Shown in pieces: positions 11,301 to 23,300 of a stretch of DNA of 64,000 nucleotides. The position numbers and the translations under genes were made by a program. Location of the stretch: the NCBI GenBank assembly GCA_002269645.1, contig NIVC01002048.1:40317-104316 (forward strand). Direction: 5' to 3'. Numbering within the stretch: position 1 is the first letter of the stretch; each line of letters opens with the position of its first letter. Origin of the DNA: Macrostomum lignano. Its lineage: Eukaryota. A model generated the notes under the pieces. That model saw only the letters and a list, made by a program, of their open reading frames with translations. It did not search any database and had not been told where the DNA came from.

Positions 11301-13487
11301 CTCTATCCGTGTCTATTCCCCATTCTCTATCCGTGTCTATTCCCCATTCTCTATCCGTGTCTGTTCCCCATTCTCTATCCATGTCTATTCCCCATTCTCT
11401 ATCCGTGTCTGTTCCCCATTCTCTATCCGTGTCTATTCCCCATTCTCTATCCGTGTCTATTCTCCATTCTCTATCCGTGTCTATTTCCATTCTCTATCCG
11501 TGTCTATTCCCCATTCTCTATCCGTGTCTATTCCCCATTCTCTATCCGTGTCTATTCCCCATTCTCTATCCGTGTCTATTCTCCATTCTCTATCCGTGTC
11601 TATTCCCCATTCTCTATCCGTGTCTATTCCCCATTCTCTATCCGTGTCTATTCCCCATTCTCTATCCGTGTCTATTCCTCATTCTCTATCCGTGTCTATT
11701 CCCCATTCTCTATCCGTGTCTATTCCCCATTCTCTATCCGTGTCTATTCCCCATTCTCTATCCGTGTCTGTTCCCCATTCTCTATCCGTGTCTATTCCCC
11801 ATTCTCTATCCGTGTCTATTCCCCATTCTCTATCCATGTCTATTCTCCATTCTCTATCCGTGTCTATTCCCCATTCTCTATCCGTGTCTATTCCCCATTC
11901 TCTATCCGTGTCTATTCCCCATTCTCTATCCGTGTCTATTCCCCATTCTCTATCCGTGTCTATTCTCCATTCTCTATCCGTGTCTATTCCCCATTCTCTA
12001 TCCGTGTCTATTCCCCATTCTCTATCCGTGTCTATTCCCCATTCTCTATCCGTGTCTATTCCCCATTCTCTATCCGTGTCTATTCCCCATTCTCTATCCG
12101 TGTCTATTCCCCATTCTCTATCCGTGTCTATTCCCCATTCTCTATCCGTGTCTATTCCCCATTCTCTATCCATGTCTATTCTCCATTCTCTATCCGTGTC
12201 TATTCCCCATTCTCTATCCGTGTCTATTCCCCATTCTTTATCCGTGTCTATTCCCCATTCTCTATCCGTGTCTATTCCCCATTCTCTATCCGTGTCTATT
12301 CTCCATTCTCTATCCGTGTCTATTCCCCATTCTCTATCCATGTCTATTCCCCATTCTCTATCCGTGTCTATTCCCCATTCTCTATCCGTGTCTATTTCTC
12401 ATTCTCTATCCGTGTCTATTCCCCATTCTCTATCCGTGTCTATTCCCCATTCTCTATCCGTGTCTATTCCCCATTCTCTATCCGTGTCTATTCCCCATTC
12501 TCTATCCGTGTCTATTCCCCATTCTCTATCCGTGTCTATTCCCCATTCTCTATCCGTGTCAATCCCCATTCTCTATCCGTGTCTATTCCCCATTCTCTAT
12601 CCGTGTCTATTCCCCATTCTCTATCCGTGTCTATTCCCCATTCTCTATCCGTGTCTATTCCCCATTCTCTATCCGTGTCTATTCCCCATTCTCTATCCGT
12701 GTCTATTCCCCATTCTCTATCCGTGTCTATTCCCCATTCTCTATCCGTGTCTATTACTCATTCTCTATCCGTGTCTATTCCCCATTCTCTATCCGTGTCT
12801 ATTCCCCATTCTCTATCCGTGTCTATTCCCCATTATCTATCCGTGTCTATTCCCCATTCTCTATCCGTGTCTATTCCCCATTCTCTATCCGTGTCAATCC
12901 CCATTCTCTATCCGTGTCTATTCCCCATTCTCTATCCGTGTCTATTCCCCATTCTCTATCCGTGTCTATTCCCCATTCTCTATCCGTGTCTATTCCCCAT
13001 TCTCTATCCGTGTCTATTCCCCATTCTCTATCCGTGTCTATTCCCCATTCTCTATCCGTGTCTATTACTCATTCTCTATCCGTGTCTATTCCCCATTCTC
13101 TATCCGTGTCTATTCCCCATTCTCTATCCGTGTCTATTACTCATTCTCTATCCGTGTCTATTCCCCATTCTCTATCCGTGTCTATTCCCCATTCTCTATC
13201 CGTGTCTATTCCCCATTCTCTATCCGTGTCTAGTACTCATTCTCTATCCGTGTCTATTCCCCATTCTCTATCCGTGTCTATTCCCCATTCTCTATCCGTG
13301 TCTATTCCCCATTCTCTATCCGTGTCTATTACTCATTCTCTATCCGTGTCTATTCCCCATTCTCTATCCGTGTCTATTCCCCATTCTCTATCCGTGTCTA
13401 TTCCCCATTCTCTATCCGTGTCTATTCCCCATTCTCTATCCGTGTCTATTCCCCATTCTCTATCCGTGTCTATTCCCCATTCTCTAT
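8303..13487. repeat. 5.2-kb homogeneous 24-bp satellite (ctctatccgtgtctattccccatt)
   Basis: Roughly 215 units, with occasional 23-bp variants that shift the frame; explains the 1761-aa and 1754-aa ORFs. Confidence 0.97.
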
Positions 13488-14074
13488 CAGGTCCTCCCTT
13501 ATCAATTTCAATCTATTCCTACATCTAATCCACAGATTATCACTTCTTGATAGCCTAAAACGAGAAACATCTATCCTTCACAGTGAGCAATTAACAAATT
13601 CCCACCTCTTTCGATATCATTTTTTAGCTACAAGACTGAAAATTCACACAGCACACAGCTTCACACAAACCCCCGTTATCAAACCATTTCAAAGCTAAGA
13701 ATTGAACAGTTAATAATGTCACAAAGACCAGCGTGACTTCTTAGAAAATCTGGCCTTGATTTAATCTCGGCATTCAAACCCATGGATTCTAATCTGGCAT
13801 GGAGACTTGATGCTCGGAGATTATCCACTGTCATCACGCCACGCGATCTGCTATCAGATTTTGACTGAGCTTCAAAGCTTCTTAAAATAATTCTTTTTCA
13901 CTTCTTAGATATGGCGTCACGCAAAGTACAGCAAGTGCGCAGCAATATTTCCTGAGGCTATTCGCACCGTCTTGTGCAATGCTGCATTCAATTTTCGCAT
14001 AGTTACTAAATTAAATTACTAGGTGTGAAAGAGGCTCTGCATAATGCAATGTGTTGACGGACTATAAGTTACCG

Positions 14075-14610
14075 GATGTGATGGATTGCTAGTCTAGCCA
14101 ATGGATTAACGGATATGATGGATTGCTAGCCTAGCCAATGGATTAACGGATATGATGGATTGCTAGCCTAGCCAATGGATTAACGGATATGATGGATTGC
14201 TAGTCTAGCCAATGGATTAACGGATATGATGGATTGCTAGTCTAGCCAATGGATTAACGGATATGATGGATTGCTAGCCTAGCCAATGGATTAACTGATG
14301 TGATGGATTGCTAGTCTAGCCAATGGATTAACAGATATGATGGATTGTTAGCCTAGTCAATGGATTAACTGATGTAATGGATTGCTAGCCTAGTCAATGG
14401 ATTAACTGATGTGATGGATTGCTAGCCTAGCCAATGGATTAACTGATGTGATGGATTGCTAGTCTAGCCAATGATTAACAGATATGATGGATTGCTAGCC
14501 TAGTCAATGGATTAACTGATGTAATGGATTGCTAGCCTAGTCAATGGATTAACTGATGTGATGGATTGCTAGTCTAGCCAATGATTAACGGATATGATGG
14601 ATTGCTAGAC
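14075..14610. repeat. 37-bp minisatellite (atggattgctagcctagccaatggattaacggatatg)
   Basis: Period 37 (14081, 14118, ...). Confidence 0.92.
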
Positions 14611-15010
14611 TAGCATACACGGATGTGGGAATGGAATGGATTGCTAGCCTAGCCTAGATGTATAAAGTAATAGAATTGATTAAGTGTATAACTGATATGG
14701 TGGATAGCTAATCCAGGTGATAGATTACAGATAACAGAGCGCTAAACAGTTCTACAGGTATTTTAAAAACAATGCTCACGAAACTTTGTAATAATCTAAA
14801 CTTAACCTAAACGTTAGCAATCGCTTTTCTAGGAAACAGCAAAGCCGGGCCAGCAGCAACTCAATACGCTTGTAGCAATCCAGAAATGACAAAGAAATGC
14901 AAAATCAACTAACTTTAAATTTTATAAAATTCTTTAACGCGCTAATTATGCTACTAACACAAAACTATTCAGTAGTAGGCAGCAACAAAAGATAGCATAG
15001 TAGACGGCAG

Positions 15011-18000
15011 TTAAACGCAAAACTCTCTAGCAGCAAGCCAGGATCTGCTGTCCTCCAACAGTCGCTGCTGCTGAGCAGCCGCGGTCGCGGCACCATCCAG
15101 CCCCGAGCCGCCGCCGTCCGAGAAGGTCGACTGGCTGTCCGTTGAATAACTCGACGCCGCCGATAAGCGAAGCCGACCGCGTCGACTTACCGACGCGGCG
15201 ACGTCCAACGAGCGACTTCGACGCCGGTGCCGACGTCGGCTGATCAGGGCGGAGGCGGGCGACTCCTCAGCGGTGGCGGCCGTCCAAAAGTGCTGCAGCT
15301 GCTGGTACTGATGAGGCGTCTCCGGAGGCTGCCTGGAGCTGTGGACCAGAGCCGGGGCTTGCGGCTGGTGCCATTGTTGAAGAGCGAATCGTTGGTTAAG
15401 CGGTGAGCAGGGGTACGACCGCTGGCGGGGTGACAGGCTGACGGCAACGTGTTGAGTTCCCGACTGATTGCGGGTGGCCTGATATTGGGGCGTGTATGAG
15501 AGTGACTAGATGTGATAGAGAGTGACTAGATGTGATAGAGAGTGACTAGATGTGATAGAGAGTGACTAGATGTGATAGAGAGTGACTAGATGTGATAGAG
15601 AGTGACTAGATGTGATAGAGAGTGACTAGATGTGATAGAGAGTGACTAGATGTGATAGAGAGTGACTAGATGTGATAGAGAGTGACTAGATGTGATAGAG
15701 AGTGACTAGATGTGATAGAGAGTGACTAGATGTGATAGAGAGTGACTAGATGTGATAGAGAGTGACTAGATGTGTACGAATTAATGATTAGACATAGTAG
15801 AGCTCTAGTAGACATCTAGAGTGACTAGATGTTGTAGAGAGTATATTGTAACTAGATGTAGTAGAAAGGGACTAGATGTGGTAGAGAGAGAAAAGTGACA
15901 CTTCAGAGTGAAATGTGACACTTTAGAGTGAAATGTGACACTTCAGTGAAATGTGACACTTTAGAGTGAAATGTGACACTTCAGAGTGAAATGTGACACT
16001 TCAGAGTGAAATGTGACACTTCAGAGTAAAATGTGACACTTCAGAGTGAAATGTGACACTTCAGAGTGAAATGTGACACTTTAGAGTGAAATGTGACACT
16101 TTAGAGTGAAATGTGACACTTTAGAGTGAAATGTGACACTTTAGAGTGAAATGTGACACTTCAGTGAAATGTGAAACTTTAGAGTGAAATGTGACACTTT
16201 AAAGTGAAATGTGACACTTCAGTGAAATGTGAAACTTTAGAGTGAAATGTGACACTTTAAAGGGAAATGTGACACTTCAGTGAAATGTGAAACTTTAGAG
16301 TGAAATGTGACACTTTAAAGTGAAATGTGACACTTCAGTGAAATGTGACACTTTAGAGTGAAATTTGACACTTTAGAGTAAAATGTGACACTTCAGAGTG
16401 AAATGTGACACTTTAGAGTGAAATTTGACACTTTAGAGTAAAATGTGACACTTCAGAGTGAAATGTGACACTTTAGAGTGAAATTTGACACTTTAGAGTA
16501 AAATGTGATACTTCAGAGTGAAATGTACACTTATATAAGCTTTAAAAATGCTCCATAGTGACCAGACAGTCTGAAAACTCACCACCATATCGTACACGGT
16601 GGTTGTCATGGCAACGGGCAGCTCAGCTGCCGCTTCAGTCGTGGATGAATTCGAATTCTTTTCAATGCAATGCCGTCGGCGCCGCTGTTGAATTTGGCGC
16701 CAGCAGACGGCGCCAGTCAGCGCCAGCGAGAGCGCCAGAACGCAGGCGCAGCCGCAGGCAAGAATCAGCTGGCGCCAGGCGGGCCTGACAAACTCGGCGA
16801 AGGTCTGGCGCAGATCGGCCGACCCGGACAGCGGGCACAGCGAAGCAGCCTCCGGACAGGCGTCCGTTATCAAGGGGCTGCGTTCAACCTCGCCGGAGGC
16901 CTGGCAGTGTCGACGCAGCTCCAGGCAGAAACCAGTGAAGCAGGTGGCCTCCAGCGGCGGCGGACGGCACCGACGGCCGAGGCGAAGGTGGACGGTGGCG
17001 GAGACGGCGCCTGTTGAACGGCGAAGCTCGGCTCTGCAGGTGTAGCGCCCGGCGAACAGGGGGCTCATGCTGGTCACCTGAAGGCGGCTGGCGTGATAAG
17101 CGGGCCTGAATGCCATGCCAGGTACGGGCGTGTCCAGCGGCTCCGCGGCTCTGATGGGTTGGGTAGATTTGGGGGGTTGTTGAGTACATTCAGGAGTTGT
17201 TGATTGTGTAGATTTTGGGAGAATTTAGTTGGATCCATTGGGGGTTGTTGATTGGGTAGATTGGGTCGTTGGTTGGGTAGATCGGGGATTGATTGGGTAG
17301 ATCGGGAGTTGTTGTTTGGGTACATCGGGAGTTGTTGTTTGGGTAGATCGGGGGTTGTTGTTTGGGTAGATCGGGGGTTGTTGTTTGGGTAGATCGGGGG
17401 TTGTTGTTTGGGTAGATCGGGGGTTGTTGTTTGGGTAGATCGGGGGTTGTTGTTTGGGTAGATCGGGGGTTGTTGTTTGGGTAGATCGGGGGTTGTTGTT
17501 TGGGTAGATCGGGGGTTGTTGTTTGGGTAGATCGGGGGTTGTTGTTTGGGTAGATCGGGGGTTGTTGGTTGGGTAGGTTGTGTTTTTAGTTTTACTAGAA
17601 CGATAAGGCTGCTCTATTCATTAGCTCGAGTCTGAAGGCTTTTTTGAGAATACAATTGAAAGATTTGTTGAACATATTCCACAAGGTCGCTGTGTCCCGG
17701 TAATTTTTTCACTGGATGCAAATGAATGAAATCTAAAGAACAAAGTTCAAATGCTTCCAAGCCATATTCGTGGATATGATGGTACTGGCAAAGTAGATTA
17801 TTGAACAGGCCAACTACTTTATTGCTCTGGCATTGTAAAAATTCCGCAAATAGGAAGGGACTTAGAAAAGATCCCAAAATTTTTCGAATCCGCATGCACG
17901 CAGCTCTGGCAGAAGGAGTCAGAGATCACCCGAAGTCCACCCCCCAGCCAGAAACCCGAAAGAGTATACTGGTAAATATTTCTTCTTTCATTTTTCGCAA

Positions 18001-19175
18001 CGCGCGAACCGGTCTGGAAAAATGCTGCTTTTGAAAAGAAACCGCCGCTGTTAGAAGAGGGAGAATCGGGATGGAAAACTCGCGCCCGAACCAAACACGA
18101 ATCTGGGCCATGAATAAGAAAACACAGCGGCTCTTCTGCAGCAGCATTTCTCGCATTTCCTGGAAGCAAGACTGAAGGGGGGGGGCTGACAATGCGCGGC
18201 TCGTTGACGGCACCACGGCCTGGCGGATGTGACGAATGACACGCGCGGCACAACACTGGCTGTTCCTTGTCTACCAAGTCAGAGGCGCGAGTCTGTATCT
18301 AGTCGAACTGAAGGTAAAGCTTACAGACTTGCTAGATTGATATTGCATGCGATTTTCGAGTCATTTACTATGAATGGATGTTTGTGGGTACCTCTGTATT
18401 GCTGTAGGAGTCGGTGATTTTAAAGGGTGCAGGGAGTGAGGTGGCTGCAGTAGGGGTTGAGGGGTAAGGAGGTGCAGGGAGTGAGATGCCTGCGGCAGGG
18501 GGTTGAGGGTTAAGGAGGGGCAGGGAGTGAGGTGGCTGCGATAGTGCGGTAGGGGGTCCAAGGGTTAGAAGGGGCGGGGAGTGAGGTGGCTGCAGTAGGG
18601 GTTGAGGGGTTATGAGGAACGGGGACTGAGGTGGCGGCGGTAGTGCGGTAGGGGGTCCAGGGGTTAGGAAGGGCAGGAGGTGAGGTAGCTGAGATAGGGG
18701 TTCAGGGGTTAGGAGGGGGTAGGAGTTGAGGTGGCTAAGATAGGGGTTCAGGGGTTAGGGGGGTAGGAGTTGAGGTGGCTGAGATAGGGGTTCAGGGGTT
18801 AGGAGGGGGTAGGAGTTGAGGTGGCTGAGATAAGGGGTTCAGGGGTTAGGGGGGGGCAGGAGGTGATGTGGCTGAGATAGGGGTTCAGGGGTAAGGAGGG
18901 TTTGGAAGGTCAGGGAAAGAATCAGTGTGATTGAGTTAAAATTTCAGAAAATGGTACTACAGCTCCTCAGTCTCACCCTCGAAACGTCCAGGTGAGAGAG
19001 TCCAGATCCACCAAGCTGATGTTGGTCACAATGCACATTAGCTGCACCGCCGCGCCAGCTCTGCTGTACAGGACTCCGCTCGGCTGCAGTTCGAGTAGAG
19101 GCTGATGAGCTTGCTGCAGCATTCTGCTTTCAACTGTTCCAGTAAGTCTGCTGCTTGTTTTGGATGCTGTACCAT
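15011..19175 (-). CDS. Single-pass Ig-domain membrane protein with Cys-rich stalk and C-terminal EFCV; 5' exon(s) unresolved
   Basis: Exons 19175-18977, 17150-16583, 15478-15011 with consistent phases (2, 0). Ig strands AVQLMCIVTN..LTWTF..LQVTSMSPLFAGRYTCRA; six-Cys segment; TM LILACGCACVLALSLALTGAVCW followed by RQIQQRRRR; low-complexity tail; stop at 15011-15013. Confidence 0.8.
15496..15775. repeat. 20-bp minisatellite (agagtgactagatgtgatag), intronic
   Basis: About 14 near-perfect units. Confidence 0.93.
15893..16525. repeat. 20-bp minisatellite (gtgacacttcagagtgaaat), intronic
   Basis: About 30 units. Confidence 0.93.
17155..17575. repeat. 23-bp minisatellite (tgggtagatcgggggttgttgtt), intronic
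   Basis: Tandem units ending at the exon acceptor. Confidence 0.9.
18410..18900. repeat. G-rich ~45-bp minisatellite (gggagtgaggtggctgcagtaggggttgaggggttagga)
   Basis: Tandem units; the same family recurs at 20010-20260. Confidence 0.85.
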
Positions 19176-20009
19176 CTGCATTGGGCAGTAGTTATAGCTG
19201 CCTTCCCTATTTAGGCTACCTTATCACAGGGGGAGACGTTTCCATGGCTCAGTTTCCATGCCGGACCAATCCGAGTGTCGCTGAGTGGAAAGTGGAAAGA
19301 TGAATTCAAAAAACTCGTCGCTGCTAAACTTTTTTTTGGATTCGAACGCAATAAAAACACGGCCAGCAGCACGGCTTGCAAGTGTTAATATTCTGTCTAT
19401 TAAAATGCAGCCCAGCCACAGATAGGCGAGAGGTGTGAAGATAATAATCTGTCAATCACGGCGCCCGTGCCTGCCCAACTGCAGCCGAGGGATTTGGGAT
19501 GAATCCTACAGTGGAGGGGGGGGGGCTGCAGAGCCGCACCGGACATTGAGGGATTCCACTCAGACAAACAGAGATCCCAGAATAATTTGCAAGGATTTTG
19601 TAGAGTACAAAGTTGGATAAAGGTTTTCATCCAAGCTGCCCAGATGATGAGGAACAGAAAAGATCAGAAAAAATATTTAACATTTGTAAATTCCCAGTTG
19701 TCTTTTCACGCATTTTTATTGATTTATTGATTTAAAGACTTATTTAATTAGTCCGAACACGCAGTGATTCAACATTAACATTACCGATACGAAATACGAG
19801 AAAAAATCAATCGAGCTGCGCATGGCTTGAGTAGAAAGCAATATTTGAGCTTAGAAAAAGACAATAAATAGAATGTTTGCATATTATATTAAATATAGCG
19901 GGTACTAACTATGCCTTGCAATTAGGCATGAAGAAAATCATCCGAGTATATTATGATGCCGTCTTTGTTTCATTGCAATATCGATTTTTTAGGTAAATTC
20001 AGAGATCTA

Positions 20010-20260
20010 GGAGTGAGATGGCTGCAGTAGGGGTTTGAGGGTTTAGGAGGAACAGGGAGTGAGGTGGCTGCAGTAAGGGGTTACGGGGTTAGGAGGGGCA
20101 GGGAGTGAGGTGGCTGCAGTAAGGGGTTACGGGGTTAAGAGGGGCAGGGAGTGAGGTGGCTGCAGTAAGGGGTTACGGGGTTAGGAGGGACAGGGAGTGA
20201 GGTGGCTGCAGTAAGGGGTCGAGGGGTTAGGAGAAGCAGGGAGTGAGGTGGCTGCAGGAT
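20010..20260. repeat. Second array of the G-rich ~45-bp minisatellite
   Basis: Same unit as 18410-18900. Confidence 0.85.
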
Positions 20261-20338
20261 TAGTGAGGGGTGGCAGCAAAGTTGGGGTTAGACACTCTTA
20301 TCAGTCTCCAAACAATAATAATGGTTTTCATTTCCGAT

Positions 20339-23300
20339 TCAATTCTGCAAACCGCGCGCAGCCCCTAAGTCCTGGCCCTGGATGAGCCGCATCAGCTCCC
20401 AGTGGGAAAAGTTGGTCAGCAGTTCTGGCCGCGGCAGGACGGCCGTCAGTCCGGCGGCGAAGTGTCTTGCCGTAGCAAGCAGCAGCTGGCGAACCCGACG
20501 GCCGCAGGCGAGGCGCAGGAACTCGGCCAAAGTGTCCGGTGTCACCGCCTCTGTGTCGCCGTCCGGCCGGAGTGGCGGCCCACAGCCGGACGGGTCGGCG
20601 AAGGTTGTCGCCGAACTGCTCAGAAGTTCGGGCAGTCCGCCCTCCTCACTGGCCGAGCTGAGAGCGGACAGGCGGCTGGAGGTGGACAGAAAGTTGCATT
20701 CTTTGCTTCACTTTTTTGAGTGTCAGGATTTTGAGATGAATTTCAGGTAAGGAGCGACCATTTTAGTTGTCAGGGGCGACTGTTTTAGGGTGTCAGGGGC
20801 GACAATTCTGAGGTGTCAAGGGCGACCATTCTGAGGTGTCAAGGGTGACCATTTCGGGGTGTCAGGGGCGACAATTCTAAGGCGTCAGGGGCGACAATTC
20901 TGAAGTGTCAGGGGCGACAATTCTGAGGTAATTCTGAGTGAGATTCAGCACCTGACGAAGTGATTGCAACTGCTGCTGGCAGCCAGATATACACTCGTCT
21001 GGACCTAGAGAAAGCTCATCACCAGATCCCACTAGATGAAGCTTCCAAAGAGCTGACAGTAATGTCAACACCATTTGGGATGTTCGCTTTCAACAAGCTT
21101 CCGTTCGGAGTGAAAACAGCACCTGCGATCTTCCAGCGGTACATTAGCCAAGTCCTACAAGGAATTCCTGGCGTCATTGCCTACGTAGACGACATATTGA
21201 TATGCGGCAAAGGCGTAGAACAATTGGCAGTTCGCGAGACGGAAGTATTGCATCGACTAAACCAGCAAGGATTGAAGATCAACACGGCGAAAAGTGAATT
21301 CCGCAAGACTTCGATCAAGTTTCTAGGCTACTTATTGGAAGGAGATCAGCTCAAGCCGGACCCAGCCAAAGTGAAGGCAATCCAGGACATGACACCACCG
21401 CAGAACGTTGGCGAGCTTGAATCCTTCCTGGGTCTCGTAAATTTTAGCGGCAAGTTCATCAGAAACCTAGCTGCACTGACCAAGCCTCTCAATCGACTAA
21501 GAAAGAAAAATGAGGACTTCGTGTGGACAAAGGAGTGTCAAATAGCATTTGACGAAATCAAGGTCACTCTCTCTGATCAATCGAGTCTTCAAATATTTGA
21601 TCCGGAGAAGCCCATTGAACTGGAATGCGACAGTTCTCAGCGAGCTCTGGGCGGAGTGTTGACACAAAGCGGTCAAGTCGTGCTGTACATGAGCAAGACT
21701 CTGTCTGACGCCGAAACAAAATATTCGCAAATAGAGCGTGAAGGCCTGGCACTGGTTTGGTGCATTCAAAGATGCCATCGGTTCTTGTATGGCCGGAGGT
21801 TCACACTGATAACTGATCACCGGCCCCTCACATACATATTCGCGCCAGACAAACAGCTGCCCACCAGAGTTTCAGCTCGACTGCAACGATGGGCAATCAT
21901 ACTAGCTGCTTATGACTGTGACATACAGTATCGACCATCAAAGCTAATGCTGTCGGATGCGCTATCTCGACTGGTGCCCGCTAAGCCGAATGCACAGACA
22001 GCATCGATCGGACTCCTCGAAGCTGACAACCCGGGAGTAATTCAGCTGGATCGCATTGCACACGCAACCAGAGAGGGGACCCGAAGTTCAGATGCCTGGG
22101 CGCAGCCATAATTAACAATAATCTATTTGACGACCCACACCTACTCAGCTACTCAAAGGTTCAAGATGAGCTAACTGTCAATGATGGAATTATTTACAGA
22201 ATGAACAGAATTGTATTGCCTCGTGTCCTGAGAGAAACTGCCCTGGCAGCTGTACACTCAACGCACGTTGGGGTGGAAAAGTCAAAGTCAATTTTGAGGG
22301 AACAGTTCTGGTGGCCACAGATGGACCGTGACATCGCTGACTACATTGGACGATGCAACGTGTGCAACGCGTACAAGTCCAGAAATAAGAACTTTCGGCA
22401 CTCGTGGCCAGAACCTGACAACCCCTGGGAGCGAGTGCACATTGATTTTGCCGGTCCGATAGAGGGCAAGTACCTACTCATCATTGTTGATGCGCACTCG
22501 AGCTACCCGGAAGTCTTCATCACGAGCGACATGAAGGCCGACACAGTCATTTCCAGACTTAGAAGATTGTTCTCACAACAGGGGGTGCCCAAGTGTCTCG
22601 TGTCAGACAACGGCCCTAGTTTTGTGAGCGAAGCGGTGACCGGCTGGCTCACCCAGATTGGCTGTTCGCACATCACAACGCCCGCCTACCATCCACAGAG
22701 CAACGGCATTGCAGAGCGAATGGTGCGAACCGTCAAAGAGACAATCAAGACCAATGGTTTATCCCAAAGAAGTATTGACAGATTTCTACTGTTCTACAGA
22801 GCTGCCAAAGGGAAGCAGCAAGCATCACCGTCCGAGTTGTTGAACGGCAGACAAATAAGACTCCCCATCTCGGAGAGCAGCACTCAGTCCAAGTGGATCC
22901 CAGGAGAATCACTCATCTACCGTGCATCGAGTTCTCATGAGCCACGAACTGTGAGATTCGCCAAAATGCTTGGCAGCAACACAGCAGTCGTCACCACAGA
23001 GACTGGACGAAATCTAAAGACCCACCTCGATCAACTACGAATCGGTGAGGTACCTGAGGCTCACGGAACTACGGAAATGGGGAATTCCAAGCCCGGTGGC
23101 AACGGTCCAAGTGACGACGGCCAACAGACGCGTCCGTCATCGACAGACACTGAGATACTACCGGGAACAGAACAAGCTGAGAGAGCACAACAGCAACAGA
23201 CTGAGGCCGGAGTTCAATCCAAGCCGTCACCCAGGCGAAGCGAACGCTTGGCCAAGAAAACTAGAATTTTTATCGCACCTGAGTGATAATTGTACACCTA

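Noticed and set aside
8243-13550. 1761-aa, 1754-aa and 832-aa ORFs
   Set aside because: Pure translations of a stop-free 24-bp satellite, open in all plus frames, with no unique domain or splice context.
17614-18277. Adjacent minus-strand ORFs inside an Ig-gene intron
   Set aside because: No recognisable domain, interrupted by a stop, and no fitting splice phases.
19175-20360. Fusion of the HECT N-lobe exon to the Ig-TM gene via a phase-1 GT near 20356
   Set aside because: The donor (gtttgc) is weak and the topology would be implausible without a signal peptide.
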